A DNA stretch of 64,000 nt from Octopus sinensis (Eukaryota): NCBI RefSeq assembly GCF_006345805.1, contig NC_043017.1:11160001-11224000 (forward strand). Reading direction: 5' to 3'. The translations under genes were made by a program, and so were the position numbers. Positions 26,741-38,797 of this stretch are shown one piece after another. Each line of letters starts with the position of its first letter. The stretch's first letter is position 1. The notes below the pieces were generated by a model. That model saw only the letters and a program-made list of their open reading frames with translations, was not told where the DNA came from and did not search any database.

Positions 26741-27405
26741 TATTGGACACCTTTTGATCGGGTGAGACGTAAACTATAAAGAGAAAAAACATCCATAAAA
26801 AGAACACTGTTTCATAAAAAAGAAATTAAATGTTTCTGCTCTAAGTTTGGATCAGTCAAACAAGCATTGACCAACACTAATTACATACTTGTCAAGTCCG
26901 TGGTCACTGTATCATCCAGGAACTGATTTCAACCACTGTTGTCTTAATTACAACCAATCTTCCACTAATCGCATCTCTTTCAATATATTACAACCTATTT
27001 ACCACATACCTTCTATGAGAGAATCTCTATGTGGTCACTGGATGTGCTAGAAGCAGCAGCCAAATATCCTTCAAATCAAGCCCTACTTCCTTAGGAAAAG
27101 GAAGGGTATACTAGATACCGTGGTCCTAGACATGCTTCTGAAATCATAAGATGGTTGTAGCTGGAGTGTTTACTTGGTTATGGCAGTCTTGGGACTAAAC
27201 CAGTTTTTGTCGTAGAAATAGGAAGGAGGACAAATTGCTGTGTTAATTAAAATTAAGATAGCTTCCAAATTCTAAAACTTGGCAAACACGATGATGAAGG
27301 ACAAATGACTAGCTTCAGCATCATTACCACTGCCATCAGCATCATCATCATCATAATTGTTATAACATTGACATTTCCATGCTTATGAAGATCACACATC
27401 ATAAA

Positions 27406-27804
27406 GCACAGGAGTGGCTGTGTGGTAAGTAGCTTGTTTACCAACCACATGGTTCCGGGTTCAGTCCCACTGCGTGGCACCTTGGGCAAGTGTCTTCTAC
27501 TATAGCCTCGGGCCGACCAAAGCCTTGGTAGATGGAAACTGAAAGAAGCCCGTCGTATATATGTATATATATATATATATATATATACGTGTGTGTGTTT
27601 GTGTGTCTGTGTTTGTCCCGCTAGCATTGCTTGACAACCGATGCTGGTGTGTTTATGTCCCTGTTACTTAGCGGTTCAGCAAAAGAGACCGATAGAGTAA
27701 GTACTGGGCTTACAAAAGAATAAGTCCCGGGGTCGAGTTGCTCGATTAAAGGCAGTGCTCCAGCATGGCCGCAGTCAAAAGACTGAAACAAGTAAAAGAG
27801 AGAG
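27406..27804 (+). mobile_element. Family B SINE
   Basis: Near-identical to 26301-26740 in the opposite orientation, with a small internal deletion. Confidence 0.9.
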
Positions 27805-28268
27805 TATTCATTAAGGTACATTTGGTTTTCTAAAGCTGGATGACTCTCCTGTCACCAACCCTCACTTATTTCCAGCTGTAAACATCAATGATATTCTTCA
27901 ACCTTATTCTTGTAAAACATCTATGTCTTCAGTTCAGCTTTAGCCTGTCAGTTCCTTTATTTTCTAAATCCACTGCTACTTCACAAGTCTTCTTAAAACT
28001 CTCTTACTTACTCCGTGTATTGTCACCTGTCGAGTAGTCTTCAGATGCAGCTGTCTTACTTCATTCATTCATTGTATTTGTCATACTTTTTCTGTCTCTG
28101 ATTTATTGCTTTCTCTCTCAATCCAGGATTCCTTCTCTCTCCCTCTCTCTTTAAATCTCTGTGACTATCTCTCTCTTTTTCTCTTGAGCATCTTAATATT
28201 AAACTTTGTATTTGTGTTGTTCATGTTGTTTGTTGATAGTATACACACACACACACAGTATCTCTCTC

Positions 28269-28324
<56 letters not shown>

Positions 28325-28337
28325 GTATATATATATA

Positions 28338-28627
28338 CCGGAGTAAACACATAAATGTAAAACAAGGTGGAAAAAAAGAGTACTCAAATACCAGGGGTAG
28401 AGTAATATGCTTTATTTAAAAGCAGCAGAAATTCAACAAAACCTGTTACTTGCAGTTTCACGTTCCTGTTCGTCGGACAGTTTTGTTAAAATTGAACCGA
28501 TATGACAATTCTATCAAGACTAGTATAAACGTTACACCTTTAAAAATGGACTTACTTGATTGGTCCTTTCAAATAACGGTCATATGCGAGCGATAAACAA
28601 AAATTAAACAAAACAAATAAATGAGTT

Positions 28628-28630
<3 letters not shown>
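28338..28630 (-). mobile_element. Hammerhead-bearing non-coding element (Penelope pLTR/retrozyme-like), tandem unit 1
   Basis: 293-nt unit bounded by (TA)n and near-identical to 28687-28979. The minus strand has a hammerhead fold followed by AATAAA. Confidence 0.7.
28435..28487 (-). ncRNA. Putative minimal type I hammerhead ribozyme, second copy with weaker stems II and III
   Basis: Minus strand reads AACAAAACUGU-CCGACGA-ACA GGAA CGU-GAAA-CU GCA AG-UA-ACAGGUUUUGUU. Confidence 0.55.
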
Positions 28631-28660
<30 letters not shown>

Positions 28661-28686
28661 TATGTATATGTATATATATAAATATA

Positions 28687-28976
28687 CCGGAGTAAACACA
28701 TAAATGTGAAACAAGGTGGAAAAAAAGAGTACTCAAATACCAGGGGTAGAGTAATATGCTTTATTTAAAAGCAGCAGAAATTCAACAAAACCTGTTACTC
28801 TGAGTTTCACGTTCCCGTTCGTCGGACAGTTTTGTTAAAATTGAACCGATATGACAATTCTATCAAGACTAGTATAAACGTTACACCTTTAAAAATGGAC
28901 TTACTTGATTGGTCCTTTCAAATAACGGTCATATGCGAGCGATAAACAAAAATTAAACAAAACAAATAAATGAGTT

Positions 28977-28979
<3 letters not shown>
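28687..28979 (-). mobile_element. Hammerhead-bearing non-coding element, tandem unit 2
   Basis: Direct repeat of unit 1 at a 349-nt period, separated by a TA-rich microsatellite. Confidence 0.7.
28784..28836 (-). ncRNA. Putative minimal type I hammerhead ribozyme (U4C core variant)
   Basis: Minus strand reads AACAAAACUGU-CCGACGA-ACG GGAA CGU-GAAA-CUC A GAG-UA-ACAGGUUUUGUU: stem I of 11 bp with one bulge, 3-bp stem II, near-palindromic stem III, GUA cleavage triplet. Confidence 0.65.
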
Positions 28980-29016
<37 letters not shown>

Positions 29017-29674
29017 GGATGTTAAATGAAGATGAGGATATATATTATTGTTATTATTATTATTATTGTTTTACTTCTCAGAGCACTGAGTCCTGTTTGC
29101 TCTGGTTGATGCTGTGGGAGCAGAATTGGCTTGAGTTACAGAGTGACTCAAAGGCCAAGAGTTTTGTGCATTGGCACTTGATAAATTCCAATTACTAAGT
29201 GCCGATGCACAAGATTCTTGGCCTTTGAGTCACTCGGTAACATCTGCTGATTAATAATATATATTCATGTTTTTGAGTTCTATTTTCCTGTTTGCATCAC
29301 CAAACCCACACGCCCATATGCAAGCACACTGTTATCTATTTTAAATGCCCTCTGCAGTTATATAGACTCTCCAGAAAGGCTGTGGTACAAGTGCCATGCT
29401 ATCCACCTGTCATCATCGCTTTTTAATTGTAGTATCAGTTACGTTAGCAACAGACCTAGATAATTCACTTCCTGTCTGGAAACAAACTTGCACATATCTT
29501 TCATCTCAAATAATGATCCAGAAATATTTGGAAATCCTAAATGCTTGCAGAGATGCGCTATATTTAGTAACTTTACGTTTTATTTTTACATTTTATTGTC
29601 TTAGTAAGTTTTTCTAAGTTTAGTTCTCCTGTGGAGAGACATCTATATATAGCTTGACTATAACACCTGAAACT

Positions 29675-29724
29675 TGTATGTATATATGTGTGTGTATGTA
29701 TTTATGTGTGTATATATATATATA

Positions 29725-29755
<31 letters not shown>

Positions 29756-29943
29756 ATGTATGTATGTATATATGTGTGTGTGTGTGTATGTATATGTATG
29801 TGTGTGTATGTATGTATATATATGTGTGTGTGTGTGGTGTGTGTATGTATGTATGTATGTATGTATGTATGTATATATGTGTGTGTGTGTATGTATATGT
29901 ATGTGTGTGTATGTATGTATATATGTGTGTGTGTGTGTGTGTG

Positions 29944-29992
<49 letters not shown>

Positions 29993-30010
29993 ATGTATGT
30001 ATATATATAT
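29675..30010. repeat. Compound (TG)/(TA)/(TATG)n microsatellite
   Basis: Seen directly. Confidence 0.97.
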
Positions 30011-30735
30011 TTAAATTTAAATTTTAGCTTGTTGGTTGTGTTGGCTTTTGAGTTTTTTTAGGAGTATAATTTTTTTTTCCCTATGCAATTTATTTCAAGA
30101 ATTTTTTTGAAGTTTTTTTTTTTGTATTTTTCTGCCCCACCCCCCAATGAATAATGCCAAGGAAATAAACATTCTTTGTTGAATGAGATCTAATATGTCT
30201 ATTTTGGTTTGTCGTATTTTATTATTCTTTTTAACGAATCACTTTACAAAAGAATGTTTCCCCTATTGAAGTATTAAACATAATATTTACATTATCTTTT
30301 TTATTCTTTTATCTTTCACTTGTTTCAGTCATTCGACTGTGGCCATGCTGGGGCACTGGCCTGAAAGGTTTTAGTCAAACAAATTGACTCCAATACTTTC
30401 TTTTTTCATAAGTTCCGTACTCATTCTAACAGTTTCTTTTGCCAAACCACTAAGTCATGGGGACATAAACTTGCAGTTGTCAAGAGGTGGGTAAGAGACA
30501 AATACAATACCAAGACACACTCACACACACACACACACATAGTATTTCAAAATTATTGCCAAGTTTATCTGATTATTTTGCATATTAAGTTCTTGGCATT
30601 TTGGAAAATTTAATGGGCTGCTTGAATGATCAGGAAATGTTTGCTGATCAGAGTGCGGTATTGGCAACCTGTTTAGAATAATGGTAACTCTGCAACGGAA
30701 ACTGAATCTGATGCAAAATAACGTTTGACTCTTAA

Positions 30736-30956
30736 CCCTTTAGTGTTTGCATTATTCTGCCAAAATTAATGCTTTTTTATCCACATTGTTTTGAACTAAT
30801 CACACATTATCTTGTAGCTATGAGATTTTAATGAGGTAGCTGTTAATTTTTAAAATGATATTGTAGGGTTGATGTGAGAGACCAGATCTGGCCAGTTTGC
30901 CCATAAAACAGGCAGAATACTTTTGGCTGGATATGGCCGGTTTAAATGCTGAAGGG
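30736..30956. mobile_element. piggyBac-type MITE (family D)
   Basis: TTAA|CCCTTTAG ... CTGAAGGG|TTAA; highly similar to 13510-13728. Confidence 0.9.
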
Positions 30957-31605
30957 TTAAATCTTGTTATAGTCAGCCTCTCTAGTGCTGGTGGTATGGT
31001 AAAATGCCCCTGTTCTATGGTGTGAAGGGGTTGGTGGTTGGTGCTAGGAAGGGCATTAAATCATTGCACACGCAACAAAGACTAACAAGTTTTCTCTGTG
31101 GTTGAGTATTCCAGATGGCATGAACACTGTGACAAATAGTGAGATGCTGTGAGATTCATCCAGTTCCTGTCAGCTTGGTGAAAAAAAAATATGATGATGA
31201 TGGTGATAACCAGTTGTTTTGTTAATTAATTAGGTCATCTTCACACATTTCTCTCTCTCTCTCGCTCTCTCTCTCTTGCTCTCTCTCTCTCTCTGCTGTT
31301 TATCCCCCCCCCTCATTTCTTCTGTCTGTCTGTTTCTTTCTCCCCCTCTCTCTCTGTGTACATGATCTTGAATTAATCAGGCAGGAAGTCAATAAAACTT
31401 TGTTTAAATAGGCTCATTGTCAAGCTCTTGGCAGAAGAACTGTGGAAGAATTGTCAGTGTTTCTCAAGAAGGCATTTTTATCTCCTTTTCTATTTATTTT
31501 TTTTTGCTTTGTGTCCATTTACTTTGCATTCATCTTACCCCCCTCCCCGTTTCCCAGTTTTGTTTCCAGGTTCAATTCCACTCTGTGGTACTTTGGGTAT
31601 ATGTC

Positions 31606-31828
31606 TATTTCTTTACTAACCACAAGGGGCTAAACACAGAGGGGACAAACAAAGACAGACAAACGGAATTAAGTCGATTATATCGACCCCAGTGCGTAAC
31701 TGGTACTTATTTAATCGACCCTGAAAGGATGAAAGGCAAAGTCGACCTCGGCGGAATTTGAACTCAGTGGCAGATGAAATACCGCTAAGCATTTCGCCCA
31801 GCATGCTAACGACTCTGACAGCTCGCCC
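31606..31828 (-). mobile_element. Family A SINE nested in an older family B copy
   Basis: Near-consensus reverse copy; the family B sequence resumes after it (gtcttctactatt...aaagccttgtgag). Confidence 0.88.
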
Positions 31829-32304
31829 CGTCTTCTACTATTGACCCTGGCAAACCAAAGCCTTGTGAGGGAGCTTGGTGGATGGAAACTGAAAGAAGCC
31901 TGTCTTTCTCTGTCTGTCTGTCTCTCTCTCACACATACACACACACACACGTGAATGTGTGTATCAGTGAGTTTGTGTGTCTGTTTGCATCTCCACGTCT
32001 TGACATTTACGCACAATGGGACTGACCCCTAAACACGGTTGCAAAGTGAGCCCCTTACCCACACAGCCACAGGATGTTTACAGTGGAATGCCTCTGATCC
32101 TGGGACTTGCACGATTAGTGTTGACCTGGGAATTAAACAACATACAAAACGACTGTAGGCAACTGAACTCGGTGGTGGATTTGAATGCAGATGACAAAAG
32201 TATGAGTGAGCCTGTGCACCAGCAGCAGCAGCGTGCTTAAGCTGATTAGTCTAACTCTATTTCAGTAAAGGAATTAGAATGATTATCAACCAAGTGCTGT
32301 GATA

Positions 32305-32307
<3 letters not shown>

Positions 32308-32366
<59 letters not shown>

Positions 32367-32693
32367 TTCTCTCTCTATCTCTCTCTCTATATATATCTTT
32401 CTCTCTCACACTCTCTCTCTCTATGTCTCTATCTCTCTCTTTCTCACTCTCTCTCACTCTCTCTCTCTGTCTCTATCTCTCTCTCTCTCTCTCTGTCTCT
32501 ATCTCTCTCTTCTCTCTCTCTCACACTCTCTCTCTCTCTCACACTCTCTCTCTCTGTCTATCTCTCTCTTTACCTCTCTCTCTCTCTGTCTCTATCTCTC
32601 TCTTTCTCTCTCTCACTCTCTCTCACACTCTCCTTCTCTCTCTCTCTCTTTACCTCTCTCTCTCTCTCTTCTCTCTTTCTCTCTCACACACAC
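32308..32693. repeat. (CT)n-rich microsatellite
   Basis: Seen directly. Confidence 0.97.
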
Positions 32694-32829
32694 AACTGTT
32701 ACATACCATTGCCATATGATAATAGTCATTTTCTATCTGTCATTAGATGCAGTATGTTCTGTTGTTTCAGTGTTTTTATTGTTTCGTTTTAGTCAGATCA
32801 TCATCATCATCATCATCAATTAAATCAAA

Positions 32830-33710
32830 GACATCAAACTGGCAGAATCCTTAGCACACTGGACAAAATGCTTAGTGGCATTCCATTTGTCTCTACATTC
32901 TAAGTTCAAATACCACCGGGATCAACTTTGCCTTTCATCCTTTCGGGGTTGATAAAAATAAGTACCGGTTGAGTGGTTGATGTAATCGAAACTGCTGCCC
33001 TTGTGTCAAAATTTTGAAACCTGTACTTTACAGCAGTGAGAGCTGGCAGAATCATTAGCACTCCGGGCAAGATGTAAAGATGGGCATTTTGCCCGTCTTT
33101 ACACTCTGAGTTCAAATTCTACCAAGATCAATTTTACCTTTCAACTTTTTGGGGCCGATAAAATAAGTACCAGTTGAGCCCTGGGGGTCAATTTAATCGA
33201 CTTATCCTCTCCCCCCCCGAAATTACTGACCTTGTGCAAAATTTTGAAACCTGTACTTTACAGCAGCAAGAGTTGACAGAATCATTAGCACTCCGGGCAA
33301 GATGTAAATACAGGCATTTTGCCCGTCTTTGCACTCTGGGTTCAAATTCTACCAAGATCAATTTTACCTTTCAACTTTTTGGGGCCGATAAAATAAGTAC
33401 CAGTTGAGCCCTGGGGGTCAATTTAATCGACTTATCCTCTCCCCCCCCGAAATTACTGACCTTGTGCAAAATTTTGAAACCTGTACTTTACAGCAGCAAG
33501 AGTTGACAGAATCATTAGCACTCTGGGCAAGATGTAAATACAGGCATTTTGCCCGTCTTTGCACTCTGGGTTCAAATTCTACCAAGATCAATTTTACTTT
33601 TCATCCATTTGGGCCCAATAAAATAAGTACCAGTTGAACCCTGGGGGTCAATTTAATCGACTTATCCTCTCCCCCGAAATTACTGGCCTTGTGCCAAAAT
33701 TTGAAACCAA
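32830..33710 (+). repeat. Tandem array of short-tail family A SINE units (230-nt period)
   Basis: ORFs 33174 and 33404 are near-identical and offset by 230 nt; three close units plus one diverged unit. Confidence 0.9.
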
Positions 33711-34518
33711 TATTATCATTATACATTTGAGACAAGTATCTTGGCAATAGATGACAAAGTTGCAGTTTTGATCTGCAGCTTCCATGAAACTGGTCTCTAG
33801 AGATTACAGAGTTGTGAGACCAAACTTAGCACCATGGTGTTACAAAAGTACATTTCTTTGGTCACACAATCACGACAGCTCTTATTGCATCCCCCCTCAA
33901 CCTCCTTTATTTACTTCTTTGAGGTTTATTTTATCAACATGGCTAATTTCTATTTTTAGTTTTATTTATTTAAAAATATTTTTATTAAGGTTTTTTTTTT
34001 TTTTTAGTTTCTTTTTTGTGCTTGATACAACTATGTCATGTGCTAATCGTATGAAAATCGTGGGAGGGGAACAGATTCCTGAGTGTTTGCTCAAAATGCT
34101 AAATGTCAATAATATAAACGTATTTGCGTCTTGCTAAGAATTTTCAGCAAAAGCTTTGGTGCAAGGTCAAAGTGAAGAGACGTGTGTGTGTGTCTGTGTG
34201 TAAGTAATGTAAGCGAGTTTTAAAGCCAATGTCAAATGTACATCCTACCACTGCGACCTTGAAGAATTTTAGTTAACAAATTGACCCCAGCACTTTTTCT
34301 TGTGTAAGCCTAGCACATATTCAGTCAGTGTCTTGCCAAACCGCTGAGTTAAAAGGACAAAAACACACCAACTGGTAGTCAAGTGGTGGTTGGGGTTCAG
34401 AAGGGAATCCAACTGTAAAAACCCTGCCAAAACAGACACGGAAGTCTGGTGCAGACCCCTACCTGGCCAGCTCCTGTCAAACTGTCCAACCCATGCCAGC
34501 ATGCAAGGAGGATGTTAA

Positions 34519-34739
34519 CCCTTTAGCATTTAAACCAGCCATATCCGGCCAAAAGTATTCTGCCTGTTTTATGTCCAAACTTGCCAGATCTGGTCTCTCA
34601 GACCAACCCTACAATGTCATTTTAAAAATTAACAGCTACTTCATCAAAATCTCATAGCTACAAGATAATGTGTGATTAGTTCAAAACAATGAGGATAAAG
34701 AAGCATTAATTTTGGTAGAATAATGCAAACACTAAAGGG
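34519..34739. mobile_element. piggyBac-type MITE (family D), opposite orientation, in the TTAA of an RTE-type SINE tail
   Basis: ggatgTTAA|CCCTTTAG ... CTAAAGGG|TTAAacaataatgatg. Confidence 0.9.
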
Positions 34740-34755
34740 TTAAACAATAATGATG

Positions 34756-35047
34756 ATTCTGTTGTGTCTGGGGAGAGTCATTTTCTTTTTGTGCCTTATA
34801 ATATAACACACTCGCTGGTAAAGTTTCCACTTTTTTTTATTTTTATGAGTCAATACTATTGAAAAGGTTGCAAGACGCAACAAAAATTTTAGGAAAATAG
34901 AAATAAGAAAGAAGTGGAAATTTTACCGGTGAGTGTGTTATATTATAAGGCACAAAAAGAAAACGACTCTCCCCAGACACAACAGAATATGCTTCAGCAC
35001 ACGAACTCATATAAAGAATCTTGCAAACCAAATCCAAAAACGAAATA
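34756..35047. mobile_element. Element with ~90-bp inverted duplication (possible Penelope-like insertion)
   Basis: Arms 34756-34845 and 34898-34988 are reverse complements with few mismatches; flanked by AATAATGATGAT(GAT) on both sides. Confidence 0.5.
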
Positions 35048-35390
35048 ATGATGATGATATATGTATACACACACACACACACAATAGGCTTCTTTCAGTT
35101 TCCGTCTGTCATATCCACTCTCAAGGCTTTGGTCATCATGACACTTTAGTTGAAGACAGTTGCCCAAGGTTCCACACAGTGGGACTGAACCTGGAACTGT
35201 GTGCTAACCTTTTGTCACTATCTTTCTGTTAAAACGGACTGCTTTTCTTCCATTTCATTTTGAAAATAATGATGAATTTAACGAAACGATTTTGTTGTTA
35301 ATTAAGCTGGTTTCTGGACCATAAATTAACCCAAAATTTTGATGGAATGTTTTAATTTAGATGATTTTAACCCTTCTGTTACCATCTGCC

Positions 35391-35576
35391 TTACTCTTTA
35401 CTCTTTTCAGTCATTTGACTGCGGCCATGCTGGAGCACCGCCCAGTCAAGCAACTTGACCCCAGGACTTATTCTTTGTAAGCCCAGTATTTATTCTATCG
35501 GTCTCTTTTGCCGCTAAGTGACGGGGACATAAACACACCAGCATCAGTTGTCAAGCAATGCTAGGGGACAAACACG

Positions 35577-35623
<47 letters not shown>

Positions 35624-35804
35624 TATACACATATACATATATGACAGGCTTCTTTCAGTTTCCGTCTACCAAATCCACTCACAAGGCTTTGGTCGGCCCG
35701 AGGCTATAGTAGAAGACACTTGCCTAAGGTGACACGCAGTGGGTCTGAACCCGGAACCATGTGGTTGGTAAGTAAGCTACTTACCACACAGCCACTCCTG
35801 CGCC
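35391..35804 (-). mobile_element. Family B SINE inserted into a family E MITE
   Basis: Near-consensus copy; MITE sequence begins ttaacccttctgttacc on the left and ends aaaaggttaa near 35996. Confidence 0.88.
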
Positions 35805-36410
35805 TAGTTTCAATTTTTTTCTGGAAATAACAAAGAGTTCAGTAAAATAACTTTTGTCATTCATTAGGCAGGCGTTTGGGACATAAATTTGTATGAAAGC
35901 TTAAATGGAAGGTTTAAATTTAGATCACTTTAAAATATGAAGATTGTGTTATAGAACCAGTGACAGTCTCAGGTGGGTTGCTATCAAAAAGGTTAAGGCC
36001 AAGAGCAACAGCATTCATATATGTAGGTTTTATTTTTGTCTGAATACAAGCTTTTATTTGTTTTCTAAGCTGAAGTTATTTTTATAACCATATAAGCTCC
36101 ACATTTCAGAAAAAAAAAGAAAGGGGTAAAATTAATTGTTGTATTAAATCTCTTGTGTGTTGTTATTTGTAAGACAATAACCCTGTGTTCAGAATTTTGT
36201 CTTTCCTCATTTTGTATAAGCAGCAGCATTTGGAATATGATTGTTAGAATGGATGTGTGTTTGTGTGACACAATTTCAGTGTATGCGTGTGTATGTGTGT
36301 GTGTCTTTTACTTGTTTCAGTCATTTGACTGTGGCCATGCAGGGGCACCTCCTTCCTCAAAGAGTTTTAGCTGATCAAATCAACCCTGATACACATTTAC
36401 ATATCTATAT

Positions 36411-36806
36411 ACTCTTTACTCTTTTACTTGTTTCAGTCATTTGACTGCGGCCATACTGCAGCACCGCTTTTAGTTGAGCAAATCGACCCCGGGACTTATT
36501 CTTTGTAAGCCCAGTACTTATTCTATCGGTCTCTTTTGCAGAACCACTAAGTGATGGGGTCGTAAACACACCAGCATCGGTTGTCAAGCAATGCTAAGGT
36601 GACAAACACATACACACAAACACACATACACACACATATATATATACATATATACGACAAGCTTCTTTCAGTTTCTGTCTACCAAATCCACTCACAAGGC
36701 ATTGGTCGGCCCGGGGCTATAGCAGAAGACACTTGCCCAAGATGCCACGCAGTGGGACTGAACCCGGAACCATGTGGTTGGTTAGCAAGCTACTTACCAC
36801 ACAGCA
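36411..36806 (-). mobile_element. Family B SINE nested in an older family B 3' half
   Basis: Young copy; the older copy occupies 36305-36395 and 36815-36950. Confidence 0.88.
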
Positions 36807-37390
36807 CCTATATATTCTTTTTTTGTAAGTCTGGTACTTATTCTATCAGTCCATTTTGCTGAACCACTAAGTTATGTGGACATAAACAAACCAACACTGG
36901 TTGTCATGTGGTGGTGGGTGAAGGTGGATAAACAAAACGACACACATAGAACAAAGCATTTGCATGCTTATATTTTGTATGTCATTCAGTTCCTTTTAGC
37001 CATTATGGTTAAGCTCATGCTGGAGCATGTGTGGAGGATGTATTTGTGGGTGAAGCATTGTTAGTGTAAATGTGCTGCTTGTATATTTGCGTATGTTTCA
37101 GTTTCTTTTTAAAGTTTCTGTTAGTGATAATAGCTGAGCCCATACTGGAGCATGTCTGGAACATGCACATGTGTTAGTGTAAAGCCCCAGCATGACCACA
37201 GCTCAAGAGCTGAAACTGGAAAACATAAACAAAACATAAACATAAATGTGTATGCACTTCATGTGTTGTGTGTTCTTTAATTCCCTTCAGCCATCATGGC
37301 TAGGCCCATACTGGAGCATGTGTATAACATGCATCTGTTTTGTGTATGCGTGTGTGTATGAGTGTGTATGCATAGCGTTTGCAATATATG

Positions 37391-37531
37391 TGTCGACTTT
37401 GCCTTTCATCCTCTCGGGGTTGATAAATTAAGTACCAGTTACGCACTGGGGTCGATATAATAGACTTAATCCCTTTGTCTGTCCTTGTTTGTCCCCTCTG
37501 TGTTTAGCCCCTTGTGGATAGTAAAGAAATA
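37391..37531 (+). mobile_element. 5'-truncated family A SINE with TSD aatatatgtgt
   Basis: Runs gtcgactttgcc to aaagaaata, flanked by aatatatgtgt. Confidence 0.85.
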
Positions 37532-38761
37532 AATATATGTGTACATGTTCTCTGTATGTTTATGTGTTCTTTCATTTTTCATTAGCTATCATGTTTGAGG
37601 CCATGCTGGAGCACATATGCCTGTGTTGTGTGTGTTTGTGTTTGTATGTACGTGAATGCCATCAGGACTACAAGAAGAAATGACCTCATTTAATAAAATG
37701 TCAAATCCTAGAAAAGATTATTTACTTCTTTTACGCACTTGTGTGTGTGTGTGTAAATGTTAAGGAGAGCGAATGTGATATCATCAGTTTAAGATGCTGG
37801 CACGAAGAAAAGTCTTACAATTAACTAATATAAGGACTTCTTGATTCCTTTCGTATCTACACATGGAGTTTGTGGGGTGGGTGTATGATTCATGTCTATA
37901 TTTGGAGAACAGCTGTTATCTGTTATTACATGAGTTTACATCTGTAAACGATGGGGGCAGGGGACCATGTTAGTTAGGGATTTCAAAATCTTAAAAAATC
38001 CCTATGCAGTTTATTCTACTACCAACAAACTAGAAGTAGGAGTAGAACCCCTACTTCTACAAGTCAATCATTTTCCCTATTTAGTTATGCTGGACATGGC
38101 CTAACAGTTTCAAAGGGAGGCGTGGCTGTGTGCTTAAGAAGTTTTCTTGCCAACTACATGGTTCTGGGTTCAGTCCTAATGTATGATACTTTGGGCAAGT
38201 GTCCTCCGCTACAGCCCTGGGCCAACCAATGCTTTGTAAGTGAATTTGTGGAAGGAAACTCTATGGAAGCCTGTTGTCTCTCTGTCTGTCTGTTTGTCTC
38301 TGTGTGTATAACTCTCTTTCTCTCTCTCACTCTGTCTCTGCATATGTGTGTATGTTTGTGCATACACACACACATATCTGTGTTTGTCACACCCACCACC
38401 ACCACCACCAGTCAACAACCAGTGTTTGTTTACACCCCTGTAACTTAGCAGTTCAGCTAAAGAGATTGTTAGAATAAGTACCTGACTAAAAAAGAAAAGA
38501 CAGAAAAAGGAAGTTCTGGAGGTAATTTATTTGCCTGACTCTATTTGTGTGTGTGTGTGTTCATTTATATCTCCATGCCAGCTGTGGAGGTGCATGGCTC
38601 TGTGGTTAGGGTGTTGGATTCATCATTGTAAGATTGTGGTTTCGATTCCTGGGCCAGGCAATGTGTTGTGTTCTTGAGCCAAACCTCTCTTTTCATGATG
38701 CCTCTATCCACTCAGTAGAAACAAGTATTTTGGCAATAAATCAGCGCCCTGTCCAACATGG

Positions 38762-38793
<32 letters not shown>

Positions 38794-38797
<4 letters not shown>

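Noticed and set aside
26470-26779. Recurrent ORFs such as ASFSFRLPNPLTRLW and DPERMKGKVDLGGI that look like a protein family
   Set aside because: Chance translations of the SINE family A and B consensus sequences.
33784-34137. 117-aa ORF and possible exon MSCANRMKIVGG..
   Set aside because: Runs through poly-T, with no recognisable homology or splice support.
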